A stretch of 64,000 bases of DNA from Octopus sinensis (lineage: Eukaryota), in NCBI RefSeq assembly GCF_006345805.1, contig NC_042997.1, positions 40,052,001 through 40,116,000 of the forward strand, in the 5' to 3' direction. A model generated the notes under the pieces. The model was not told where the DNA came from and did no database searches. It saw only the letters and a program-made list of their open reading frames with translations. The translations under genes and the position numbers were made by a program. The number at the start of each line of letters is the position of its first letter. Within the stretch, counting starts at the first letter, position 1. Below are positions 26,700 through 38,570 of this stretch, in pieces.

Positions 26700-27790
26700 T
26701 TCCTTTTTCTACTCCTGCTTCTACGAGGCGTAATCTCTTTCGGTGCTGGCACCTCAAACATGTCACAGCAGATTTCCATTGGTATTTTCTTTCGTTTTTC
26801 ATTATGTCTCATCTTTAATTGGTTTAGGTGTTTCTTATGTTCCTAACGTTGTCCTTTAATTACATACATCATGTTCCTTTTAGTTACATAACCATCCTCC
26901 CAGCCTTCTTTATCATTTTTGTAAATTTCAAAATTTACTTTATCTCCCACTTCGAAATGTTTTGTTGTCTTTTCTGTATTTTTTTTAAAACTGTTTTTTC
27001 CTGGCAATAATTTTCGAAGATCGATTTTACTATTATCCGTATTGGGCGTTACTTTATATACCCTCAAGAATTTCGTTAGCGCTTCGTCATTACCTACGTC
27101 ATTCCTTGTTTTTTAAACTCTAGCTTGAAAGTATCAACGAATCTTTCTACTTGCCCGTTTGACCTCGGGTGGTAGGGCAGAGTAAAAATACGCTTTATCG
27201 CATGTATTTTACAGAAATGTTTGAATTCATGACCTGTAAATTGTGTTTCATTATCTGATACCGACGTGTCTGGAATACCGTAGCGGGCAAATAACTGATA
27301 TAAGAACTTTATTGTCTTTGCGGTTGGTTTATTGTACCTGTATACAAAGATTAGATAGTATGCGCCATTCACTATCCAGCGTAGTCTGTCTGTACCCTGG
27401 ACAACGGACTATCCATATCAAGCCACGATTGGTGTTTCAATGGCAGTGGGTACTTTAGCAGCTAGCGCACAACCCTACATGCTTTTACACAATTTTGAAT
27501 GTCCTGGTACATTGTCGGTCAATATACATAGCTCTTCATTAAGGTTTTCACTCTCGACATACCCGGGTGCCCTCCATGTGATTCATGCAATACTCGTTTT
27601 TGTAGTGTAGTTGTTAGTATCACTCTTTGTGTGTACATTAAAACATCGTCGCACAGTGAAAAATTATTCGTATTTGAATTTTCCTTTTGCTTATTTATCA
27701 ACATTTCTTTCATTCTTGTAATGTGATTGTCCTCTGCGGATTTTATTTTTTATATCATGCGCTGTCACTAGCAGTCCGTGAATAACATTA
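26700..27790 (-). pseudogene. Gypsy integrase region (HHCC + DDE), disrupted
   Basis: ORF pieces 27519-27713, 27094-27372 and 26843-27067. Confidence 0.88.
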
Positions 27791-27799
27791 CACATAATG

Positions 27800-29085
27800 T
27801 TTTAAATCAATTTTTTCTTTAATTCAGCTGCTGCATTCTTTTCACTGGTGGGGCAGCCATTTAATTTTTTACAGCACGCTCTTATTTGGAGATCCCATAA
27901 ATTAAATAACTCCAACCAGTCGATACAAAACAGGTTGGTTGCATTCTTTACGACGAAAACTTTCGCCTTGCAAGTTTTTCCTCGAAATATAACGTTCCAC
28001 ATTTCACCTAGAAAGTGTAGCTTGTTACCCATTACGCAACGTGCAGTTTTCACTGTTTTTTTTAAACATAAGTTACCCTATTTTCTTCCACGTGTCGGTG
28101 TTAATGATTGAAATGTCACTACCAGTATCCAGTTATAATTTAATATTTACTCTGTCTACTTTTACTTGTACAAATTTCCTTATTTGGGAGTCGATTTTAC
28201 TTTCTACTGAGAGCTTTTTAGAATTTTTTTACCTTTGACCTTCGTACTTTTGTTCTGCAGTATGAACCCTTGTGTCCTAATTTTTGACAACTGTAAAAGT
28301 TTTGGTTTTTAACAGGACAATCTTTTCTGAAATGTAGGCCTCCACATCCATAACATGGATTAGGACCTAACAATCTTCTTTGGTCATACTTTCTCGGTCG
28401 ACATATTTGTATTTTTGCGAAATCCTTTTCTTGAATTTTTCTTACGTCGCGTTTCAGGTTCACCATTCTTTGAAAACTCTTCTGCAACAGTCTGCAGGGT
28501 TAAATCTCGGTTCTCTTGTTCAAGGTTTGAAAGAATTCTTGCCCGTATTTCAGTATCTTCATTTGTTGTAAGACCTTGTACAAAAATGAGGCACTTAAAC
28601 ATCTTAAAATTTTCACACATGTTGCTGTATGCATAATAAAGTCTTCATCCTCTTTTTAGTTAAACTCCAACACTCCAATCGAGCGTTAAATAGGGAAGTT
28701 TTATCACCGAACATGTTTGACAATAATTTGATTCCTGAGAACAAATTTCACTCGACTTTTTGGGTAATAGGAAATTGCAGTGTCGTTCATGCACAGCCGG
28801 GGCTAATTTACGTAATAATAACCTTACTGTTACTTCATCCGACCATGCTTTGCAATATTCCTTAAAACTCTCCTCGTATCTTCTGCAGTACACTGCAAAA
28901 GTTATACCCACCTCTGGGTTATCTCTGAATTCTGTTATAGAGTTCGATACGCCGTAAGCCGAAAACGAACTTGCCGCGTTTTCGGACATCGTTGCGAATA
29001 GCTCCAATAATTGTTGTTGTTGTAGTTGTTGCTGTACTAGTTGCTTCTGCAACTCCTGTTTCTGTTCTTGTTGTTGCTTTTGCAA
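27800..29085 (-). pseudogene. Gypsy gag + aspartic protease, frameshifted
   Basis: ORF pieces 28660-29085, 28384-28620, 28218-28487 and 27802-28053. DTG motif near 28130. Confidence 0.88.
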
Positions 29086-29168
29086 CTGTATTATAAAAGC
29101 TAATAGGTCTTACCTCATTTAACAAGTTGTATCTTGAACAAATTGTTAAATAACCTACGTGAGCCAGA

Positions 29169-29717
29169 CGTTGTAAGCTCCGTCTCCAAATATCGTGGTA
29201 CTGCCATGATATTGTCACGGAATGTTCAGATACACTGTACCAGTGTGTAGTAAAAGTAAACAAGATAACGATGCAGCCGTAATAACAATGTAGCGATCCA
29301 ACAATCTCTCCACGAACCAACAATCAGTACTCTAAACGAATACTGATTGTATGGCAGAAGCGTTACCATGCCGGGCAAAATGCCAAGCGGTATTTCGTCT
29401 GCCGTTACGTTCTGAGTTCAAATTCCGCCGAGGTCGACTTTGCCTTTCATCCTTTCGGGGTCGATTAAATAAGTACCAGTTACGCACTGGGGTCGATATA
29501 ATCGACTTAATCCGTTTGTTTGTCCTCTCTGTGTTTAGCCCCTTGTGGGTAGTAAAGAAATAAGTATTCTAAACGAACTAACCAACCGACACTTTCTGAC
29601 TTCATTGCGATCTCAATTCGAACTAACACACAAGCTTCAATCCCATCGCTACTATTTGCAATCGCTCAGTCCAATCTATTTCTCGCAAGAGGGCGTCGTG
29701 ACTCTCATCAGCAAACA
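29169..29717 (-). repeat. Gypsy 5' LTR interrupted by a SINE
   Basis: Homology to 26248-26555 on both sides of the SINE. Confidence 0.85.
29341..29562 (+). mobile_element. SINE family A inserted in the LTR
   Basis: 15-bp TSD AGTA(C/T)TCTAAACGAA at 29326-29340 and 29563-29577. Confidence 0.92.
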
Positions 29718-30355
29718 ACGCCTTATTTTTTCTTGACACTTTCATTTTAAGAGACAAAGCTTTTTATTTCGGAAGTTGCATGGCAGCTTCTTTCACGCTT
29801 CGTTTGTCTACAATATTTTTACATTGTGACTTTTAATGGTGTATGACATGTTTTTCATGCTGCTATAACTCGACTTTATAATGTGTGAAAGCCGGGAGAA
29901 TTTGGAAGATATTTTCTGATCAAGGAGAAAAAATATTTTCCGGCAGTCAATTTCATGTCAGTATTATACCATATGATACTACTTCTAGTACGCATAGTGT
30001 CGTTGCTAGTGGTCGATAACTATTTATTTCTTGATGTCAGCTACATGTTAACTTTTCGCTGTAACCCGTTAAACTCCATCGGCAGACAATGTGTTTGTCT
30101 TCTAGATGATGTTAAAAGAGAAGATGTTATATTGTATAAATTCCCTATACCGATCGGTCAGTTTTGGCTAATTCAGTTGGGACTGCTCGATTGGGCTGAT
30201 TTCGGACTTAATTCTCTGTCAATACATGTGTATTCACCATTAAAATCTATGTAAGATTTTACGAATCGCTAATGTGTATAAAAAAAATTAATATAGACAG
30301 CCGTATGCAATGTATTATCAAAAAGGAAAACTGTATACACACACACACACGCACA

Positions 30356-30407
<52 letters not shown>

Positions 30408-30483
30408 GAATTCAAGTTACGATGAAAGTAAACAAACTTTGCTTTAGAAGCGTTGGGATGTATTGAAAGATAAAGAAATAATT

Positions 30484-30591
30484 TATTCTCAAACGCAGGA
30501 TAATGCTAATACAACGATTTTTTTTCTGCAGTATATGAATAGTTTATCCTGTTCATGCTATTGTGTTAGCATTATCTTGCGTTTGAGAATA
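30484..30591. repeat. Short inverted repeat (31-bp arms), MITE-like
   Basis: TATTCTCAAACGCAGGATAATGCTAATACAA versus its reverse complement at 30561-30591, with 2 mismatches. Confidence 0.85.
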
Positions 30592-30619
30592 TTTTTTTCT
30601 GTATCTACATACAGTTGAC

Positions 30620-30790
30620 ATTGAGAGAACACAAAAGACGCAAAAAAGTGTAGGAACAATAAGCAGGTGTATTTGTTTAACGCTCGGGGAAAATGGAAAA
30701 GTCTTTTGCTTTTCGAGTCTTCGCTCTTCGACAGAAAGGATTAAGAGTAAAAATTGGAGAGAAAATTGAAGAAAAAAAGCAGAGCGAGAG
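30620..30790 (-). mobile_element. Penelope-like terminal repeat with a degenerate hammerhead motif (30703-30738)
   Basis: Minus strand reads CTTT-CTGTCGA-A-GAG-CGAAGA-CTC-GAAA-AGCA-AAAG, with an architecture like 12126-12338. Confidence 0.55.
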
Positions 30791-30816
30791 AGAAAAAAAA
30801 ATAATAATAATAATAA

Positions 30817-31196
30817 AGGAATTTGACAAACTTAGTAAATATAAGGACCTGGAAATCGAAATACAAAAGATGTGGAATCTTAAAACAAAAACTGTTCCTG
30901 TTATTGTAGGTGCCCTAGGTATGATAAAAAAGGGATGTCAGAAACAGCTAGACAATATCCCTGGAGAACCATGTCTCAAGGAAATCCAAAAGATTGTGCT
31001 AACAAGTACTGCCCACATCCTTAGAAAAACCCTATCAATGTAAATGTTTGTGTTGTATTACATGGAGATATTTCTCTACTTCCTCTCCCCAAGCTTTCAG
31101 CTATATTTCAACAACTCTTAACCTTCACTTGCCCTAGGGCGCTGGGTGTGTCCCGGCAAGTGATTGCATCAAATATGCAGATTAAAAGTAAATGAC

Positions 31197-31243
<47 letters not shown>
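30817..31243 (+). mobile_element. 5'-truncated R4/Dong-like RLE LINE inserted in (TAA)n
   Basis: Open C-terminus EFDKLSKYKDLEIEIQKMWNLKTKTVPVIVGALG...EIQKIVLTSTAHILRKTLSM* (stop at 31043), then a 3'UTR. (TAA)n on both sides. Confidence 0.88.
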
Positions 31244-31245
<2 letters not shown>

Positions 31246-32119
31246 GTGGTGGTGACTACCCAACGAACTAAGGTGCGCAAGCTTGGGTGTGTGTATGTGA
31301 GAAGGTGTGTGTGAATGTGTATGTGTGAATGGGGCGAGTGAGTCTAACGTGTGTGTGCGTATGTGTTTGTAGCAGTTGATGTGTGCTTGTTCAGGTGGTG
31401 TGTGCACAAGTGTATGTGTGTGTGTGTGTCTGTAACCGAACAGTGTGCTTGTTTATAGTGTATGTTTGTGGGTGAAAGTTATCTGTCTATGCCTGTTGAG
31501 TGTGTTCAGATATAATGTACTTCTGTGGGTGTGGAAGTGTGCATGATGGTGGTGTGTGGCGTGTGTAGTGAGTTAAAGAGTCTGTGTAGCTATGATTGAC
31601 CCCCCCCACTACTTGACAACCGATGCTGGAGTGTTTATGCTTCCGTAACTTAGCGGTTCGGCAAGGATACCAATAGAATAACTACCAAGCTTAAGAAAAT
31701 AATATAGACAGCTATACATATTCAGGAACATACATATTCAGGAACACACGCACATGCATTTTCAGGACCACACACACGCACACACACGCACCACACACAG
31801 GCACATACACAGGCACACACACACGCACATACACAGACACACACACACACAGCTTGCAATGTAACTGCGCGATTGTATATCAGAAAGCTGCAATTGTTTG
31901 ACGTTCCCATATTGTTCTCTTTGTTGTTGTTTAACACCAAGTCTTTAAACATTAAACAAACGCAACAATAATTACGTTGATCAACTGTACTTATGCTCAT
32001 AGGTGTTTCAGTTGTAATCATCACTCACTTGGTATATCAGGTACCACATAGTTCAATATGACTTTCCCTTTTAAACGGTTGGATAGGTGGTGTATGTTTT
32101 AAACGTAATTTGGTTTCTA

Positions 32120-33695
32120 CACTGGCGAAAATAAATTTAAGACCGATGATAAAAGTTTCATTTCTTACAAAATATTTTGTTACTAATACCATACAAATTA
32201 TTTTTATCTTTTACAACCTATGCAGATTTTATTTCTCTTTTGAATGATGCAGACAATAACTATTTTTATACAACTTGAGGAATTCCAATGCTAAATTAAT
32301 ATAAACGTTTCAAATTTACTGGCAAAATTAGTTTATGACCATGTAATATGTATGCAAATTTATTGGTCAAAATGGGTGGTCACACAACTAGCCTAACTGC
32401 ACTATATAGTGTTATAATTTAACGTTATTATACGATTGATTAATTATGGGAACAATCGTATTCATCAGCAAAAAGTTTCCTTTTCGAACATCAGCGAGCA
32501 ACTAAAGCGCAGTAAGACGGCTTGCGTGCAAGCGTGGAGGTCGGATACTGGTCAATATAAAGATCAGCAAAGGACTGGCGCCCCAAGAAAATGACGGCGC
32601 AGTTGGACCGTCGAATTCACCGACCTTCGGAAGGCAATAGAATGCTGAGAGCCGTTGACATTTGTAAACCATTGTCTAACGAGAATGGTTTTATTTTTAC
32701 ACCACAAACCATCTGCAACCGTTTGAGAGAATTTGGACTACATGGATGAATCGCTAGGAAAAAGCCAATAATATCCGAAAGAAATCGACTCAAACGTCTT
32801 AATTTCACAAAAAGCCATCCTCAATGGACTGCTGAAGATTGGTGCAGGGTCCTTTGGAGTGCTGAGTCATGCTTCTGTATATTTGGATCATATGGTAAAA
32901 CATATGTCAGATGTCGCCCAACCGAGGAATTCCATCCGAAATGCGTGAAAAAGACGGCGCAAGCGGGGATTGGGAGTGTGATGGTGTGGCTTTAGTGTTG
33001 GCCCTCTAGTTAAAGTTGATGGAAAGCTAAATAGTGTCGGTTATATGAATCCACTAAAGGATAATGTGCCATATTTGACTCACCAAATGGCTCCGGGGGC
33101 TATTTATCAGCAGAACAATAGTCCTTTGCATAAAGCCACAAAGGTTATGGAATTTTTTGATCACAATAATATTGACGTAATCGAATGGTCTCCCCAGAAT
33201 CCGGACCTGAATCCGATCGAGAACTTGTGGAATTATGTTTCCAAAAAAGTCCATGCTAAAAAAAAACATGTAATCTAAAAATTATTCGATTATATCAATG
33301 AAATATGGTAAAACATTCCCATAGAATTTTGCAATCACTTAGCGAATTCAATGCCGAGGCGTTGTTCAGCCGTTGTTAAGAATAAAGGCCAAGGCACAAA
33401 GTACTAATATGTATTTCGTTCTTGTTACTCATTTTTGCTACAATCTTAAGCTTTAAATAAAATTATAAGGATATGGTCTTAAACTAATTTTGCCAGTAAA
33501 TTTGAAACGTTTATATTAATTTAGCATTAGAATTCTTCAAGTTGTACAACAATAGTTATTGTCTGCATCATTTGAAAGAGAAATAAATTCTGCATAAGGT
33601 GTAAAAAATAAAAATAATTTGTATGGTGTTAGTAACAAAATATTTTGTAAGAAATAGAACGTTTATCATCGGTTTTAAATTTATTTTCGCCAGTG
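32120..33695 (+). mobile_element. Full-length Tc1 DNA transposon of IR/DR type (223-bp TIRs, TA TSD)
   Basis: TIRs at 32120-32342 and 33473-33695, flanked by TA at 32118-19 and 33696-97. Each TIR has outer and inner direct repeats, CTGGCGAAAATAAATTTAAGACC and CTGGCAAAATTAGTTTATGACC. Confidence 0.96.
32446..33407 (+). pseudogene. Tc1 DD34E-type transposase pseudogene
   Basis: VLWSAES, YQQNNSPLH, WSPQNPDLNPIENLW and C-terminal MPRRCSAVVKNKGQGTKY*. Stops and frameshifts present. Start approximate. Confidence 0.92.
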
Positions 33696-34250
33696 TATTA
33701 CTAGCGGGTTGAGCAATTAAGTTTATATTCATTCGGGGGTTCATCTTGCTCAATTCTTTTTCTTATATTTTTCCTTCCAGATTGTTGACAACATACAAAA
33801 ATTCTAAAACGGCGCTTGACCTCACTCGTATTGCACCAAACTGGCGTGGCTTAATACGAAAGTCAATAAAACGAACTTGACAACAATATTTACTTTCACA
33901 CTGTATTTATTGTATCAATACCGTAGCTAAACATAAATACGCACAGCACTTGTACTCAGGCGCACAGGTGCGCATTAACGACCGCATTCATTATATTCAC
34001 TCGCTTACTAATAAGAAAAGTTTCGAAAAAAATAAACTGAATACTTTGTCAACACATTATTACTATCATTCATAATAATCCAAATAAAAGAATCGTGGAA
34101 CGTTAAGCTTAACATTACCGTTAATAAAAGGAAATATTAGCAGCAACGTTATTAACATTTTTACGTACATTGCTTGAAATAGAAAAGGTCTTTCTAGGAC
34201 AGGTCTATAAAGTGGCTGTTTACACATTTTTCGTAATAATAGTTAAATCT

Positions 34251-34591
34251 GAGGCGCATGGCTCAGTGGTTAGGGCGTCGAGCTTACGATCGTAAGGTTG
34301 TGAGCTCGAATCCCGGACCGGGCTGCGTGTTGTGTTCTTGAGCAAGGCACTTTATTTTCACGTTGCTCCAGTTCACTCAGCTGTAGAAATGAGTTGCGAC
34401 GTCACAGGTGCCAATCTGTATCGACCTTTGTCTTTCCCTTGGATAACACTGGTGGCGTGGAGAGGGGAGGCTGGTATGCATGGGCGACTGCTGGTCTTCC
34501 ATAAACAACCTTGCCCGGACTTGTGTCTAGGAGGGTAACTTTCTAGGTGCAATCCCATGGTCATTCATGACCGAAGGGGGTCTTTACCCTT
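34251..34591 (+). mobile_element. tRNA-derived SINE family D (CORE-like middle domain)
   Basis: Head GGCGCATGGCTCAGTGGTTAG..TCGAATCCCGG, middle TGTGTTCTTGAGCAAGGCACTT. TSD TAGTTAAATCTGAG. Homologous to 58208-58548. Confidence 0.92.
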
Positions 34592-34689
34592 TAGTTAAAT
34601 CTGAGAGGGGAACCGAAACTTGTTTACCGAGTACTTACCTTTGCTGCTGCTGCTGCTGCTACTACTACTACTACAACTACTACTACTAC

Positions 34690-34721
<32 letters not shown>

Positions 34722-35063
34722 CTACTTATTATTATTATTATTAAGGCCAATTCCTTTCTGTGTATATATATATAGATACTTCCAAACAAACATGATTTTC
34801 AATGAAATCCTAATATATATATTCTTGAAATTTTTGTTTAATATTTTCTCAAGATTTTTCCTTGTAAAGTGTTTTTAACATTTTCTCATTATTATCAAAG
34901 TATGTATATATGTATTGTAATATTTTGTGACAACCAGTACTTAACACAACAAAGCTTTTACAAAGCATTTCATTTTACTCTTGACAATCTTTTTCTAAAA
35001 AAGTGAAACCGGTCAAGTGAATAAACATCTTTAAAATTGCATTTTCAAAGCTTCTTTCATATA

Positions 35064-35094
<31 letters not shown>

Positions 35095-35097
<3 letters not shown>

Positions 35098-35232
35098 CGA
35101 CGGACTTCCACTTACAAGGATTTGGTCGGTCCGAGGCTATAGTAGAAGACAGTTGTCCAAGGTGCCACGCAGTGGGACTGAACCTGGAACCATGTGGTTG
35201 GGAAGCAAGCTTCTTACTACACAGCCACACCT
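35095..35232 (-). mobile_element. SINE family B head fragment, followed by a family A core fragment to ~35330
   Basis: Recognisable consensus pieces. Confidence 0.75.
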
Positions 35233-35483
35233 GAGATCAAGTTCCGCCGAGGCCGACTTTGCTTTTTGTCCTTTCGGGGCCGATTAAATAAGCGTCACTT
35301 GTACGCTGGGGGTCGATGTAATCGACTCCCATACATCCTCAATGAATGTCAAGCCCAATGCCGTCTTGTACCGTCTCCAATCATTTACAGAAACCCTAAC
35401 TGTTGAATAAAGAAGAGATTATTATGATTGTTGTGAAAGATGAAATCAAACTCGGCAGAATTTGAGAGATGCGTTTGCTGCTG

Positions 35484-35528
<45 letters not shown>

Positions 35529-35789
35529 TTACCAAATGGTGGGGGCAAAGACGCGCTGCCACAGAGCATGCTTCATACTACTACTACTACTTAGAGTGCC
35601 AAAAACACTTAGAGTGCTCCATCCATTCGTACTTCGGCTGAATAGACTCAGGAGATTGTGTTTAATTCTAAATATTTTCAAGCAATACATAATCCACGAA
35701 TGAGGAACCATATCGTTTTCTTTCTGCTAGTCTGTCTTCACCATCTCCAAGTTGGGTTTTGTGCTCTTTTTTGCAGTCTTTCAGTACTG

Positions 35790-36003
35790 CTTTACTCTTT
35801 ACTCTTTTACTTGTTTCAGTCATTTGACTGTGGCCATACTGGAGCACCGCCTTTAATCGAGCAACTCGACCCCGGGACTTATTCTTTTGTAAGCCCAGTA
35901 CTTATTCTATCAGTCTCTTTTGCCGAACCGCTAAGTGACGGGGACATAAACACACCAGCATCGGTTGTCAATCAATGCTAGGGGGACAAACACAGACACA
36001 CAA

Positions 36004-36034
<31 letters not shown>

Positions 36035-36205
36035 CATATATACGACGGGCTTCTTTCAGTTTCCGTCTACCAAATCCACTCACAAGGCTTTGGTCGGCCC
36101 AAGGCTATAGTAGAAGACACTTGCCCAAGATGCCGCTCAGTGAGACTGAAGCCGGAACCATGTGGTTGGTAAACAAGCTACTTACCACACAGCCACCCCT
36201 GCGCC
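35790..36205 (-). mobile_element. SINE family B, full length
   Basis: Complete head to (GTAAAAGA)n tail. Confidence 0.93.
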
Positions 36206-36206
36206 T

Positions 36207-36470
36207 ATTTATCAATAGTTGATATTTGGTTCCTTTACATCCATTTTTGCACCCTTTTTGCTCTTCTGTTAAGATGTTCCGCTGATCCCTGAACACGTAC
36301 GTATCATCCGTCAGTATCATGGTCAACATAACAAGCAGACAGGTTATTGGTCTGAAGTTGTCAACAGCTTTTTTCCTCTCTGGGACAATGTTGTTCTGGC
36401 TTTGGGCAACCAACCTGAAATTTCTGTATGAATTTCAAGCAATGTGCTTTCGTGGCACTTCTTCTTTTGG
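36207..36470 (-). pseudogene. R4/Dong-like LINE RT fragment
   Basis: NFRPITCL...ILTEEQKGCKNGCKGTKYQLLIN (RT domains 1-2). Confidence 0.8.
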
Positions 36471-36574
36471 TCTTTTATCTCTCTGTGGCCATAAATAATA
36501 TAGTACCAGTCAAGTACTGGGGTCAATGTAATCGACTAAACCCACCTCTCAAAATTGTTAGCCTCAAGCAGAAG

Positions 36575-36613
<39 letters not shown>

Positions 36614-37619
36614 TTATTATTATTATTATTATTGCTGTTAATTTGTCGGAAAAATACCTACGGTATTTCTTTCGCCTCACGTTCTGGGTTCAAATCCCCC
36701 TGTGGTAAATCTTGCCTTTCATCCTTTTGGGATCGATAAAATACAGTACTAGTCAAGTATTGGGGGTTGATGTAATCGATTGAATATCTAGTGATATGTA
36801 ACTAAAGAAAGTGCCTCCATGCCCCTTGCCTGAGAGATTGACCAATTGCCAAAAACAAACCAAATTAATTTTTTAAAGGTATCCTTACGTGATGTGTGGA
36901 ATTATATTTTCTCTATTTATCGGAGCAAAGAATATAAGAATAAGGACCTAGTTTCCAAAACTAAAGATGGAGCAAAAATAGGTACATCTGGGTCATCACA
37001 TTTCTGTGTATGAATGTGCGTGTGTGTCTTAGTTTTTGCTTACTTATACACATCAAGAAATGAGCCAGGTGAAAACTCTGTGTGGTTGTTCAATTTGCTA
37101 GAAATAATAGCCAAATATCTCTCATACTATGCTATTGTTAGTATTAAGAAAAGGGAAAAGAATAGAATTATTATTTTTGATTTTGTTCGGCTCTATGAAT
37201 TTTTTTTTAACTGCTTTCGTTCATTACTTGATACAAGAAAAAAGAAATTGGAAAAATCCTGACCAAAACGGAGGAATTGTAACTTAACAAAAAATATAGA
37301 AAGAGAAAGAAAAGGTTGTATTCGAAAGTCCAAAGATGTGTTTTAGCTGAAGTGTAATTTTACAGTTAAAACAAAGTCAAAATTTAAATTTCGGAACATA
37401 AGACCGACCATGTTATCTAGTGTATGGCCGAACTCAAATGGGTAGAAGACCTAAAACAAATGTGTGTGTGTGTGGTTGAACCTTTAATAGCCAAGGGTCA
37501 ATTTCAGTTTAATCGTAGAAAGGAATTCAAATACCTATCAGCCAGTCAGTTTTATGCCGTCATCTCTCTCTCTCTTTCACTTTCTCTCTCTATCTCTCTC
37601 TTTCACTTTCTTTCTCTCT

Positions 37620-37660
<41 letters not shown>

Positions 37661-37931
37661 ACTTGCTGGACACGTGCCTCAAATTTAAATATCTTAATTT
37701 TCTCATTAAGACTGTTGCTGCTTCGGTGGCCCAGTAGGCACAGGTATTGAGAAGTAGTAATACAACACATAATAGGTAGCAGTTCCAAATCTCTTCCAGA
37801 AATTGCAAGAGATGTAGTTAAAAACTTTTAAGCAACACAATTTTTTCAACAATTTCTTTCTCTTAAGCGTGACACACGCGTCGGGTACGTACAAAAAACA
37901 AATTGGCGTATTAACATTAATGATAATAATG

Positions 37932-38570
37932 ATTTCGAATTTTGGCACAAGGCCAGAAATTTCGGGAAAGGGGGAGTAAATCTATTACATCGACCACAGT
38001 ACTCAGTTAGTACTTACTTTATCGACCACGATTGGATAAAATTCAAAGTCGACCTCAGCGGTATTTGAACTCGGAACGTCAGGGCGGACGAAATGTCACT
38101 AAGCATTTTGTCCGGTGCATTAAGAGTTTTGCCAGTTCGTTACCCTAATAATAATAGTAATAATAATAATAATAATAATGGTTTCAAATTTTGCTACAAG
38201 GGCAACCATTTTGGGGACGGGGATAAGTCAATTACATGGACCCCAGTATTTTACTAGTACTTAATTTATTGACCTCGAAAGGATGAAAGGCAAATTCGAC
38301 CTTGGCGGAATTTGAACTCAGAACGTAACGACATAAAATATCGCTAGGCATTTCGCCTGGCGTGCTAACGATTCTTTTCTACTATAGGCCCAATGCCTGA
38401 AATTTGGGGAGAAGGGACCAGTCGATTAGATCGACGCCAGTATGCAACTGGCACTTAAGTTATCGACCCCGAAAGGATGAAAGATAAAGTCGACCTCGGT
38501 GGAATTTGAACTCAGAAGCAGACGAAATACTGATAAGCATTTCACACAGCGTGCTAACGATTCTGCCAGC
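37932..38570 (-). mobile_element. Three head-to-tail short-tail family A SINE copies
   Basis: The core AAAGTCGACCTC/AAATTCGACCTT recurs at ~38045, ~38292 and ~38486. Confidence 0.85.

Larger units (their letters stand above)
26248..29717 (-). mobile_element. Ty3/Gypsy LTR retrotransposon, degenerate, RT/RNaseH absent
   Basis: Two LTRs (26248-26555 TG..CA; 29169-~29717). Polypurine CTGGGAGA lies before the 3' LTR and PBS-like TGGCTCACGTAGG after the 5' LTR. Gag with CCHC knuckles (CYGCGGLHFRKDC), protease LDTGSDIS, integrase HGGHPGM, VSDNETQF and PYHPRSNGQVERFVDTFK. Confidence 0.93.

Noticed and set aside
34251-34325. tRNA-like sequences at SINE heads (also 18323, 51745, 58208)
   Set aside because: They continue into SINE bodies with TSDs and lack a proper acceptor stem, so they are not tRNA genes.
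35658-36222. Recurrent peptides such as [34 protein letters not shown]
   Set aside because: Antisense translation of SINE family B copies, not a gene family.
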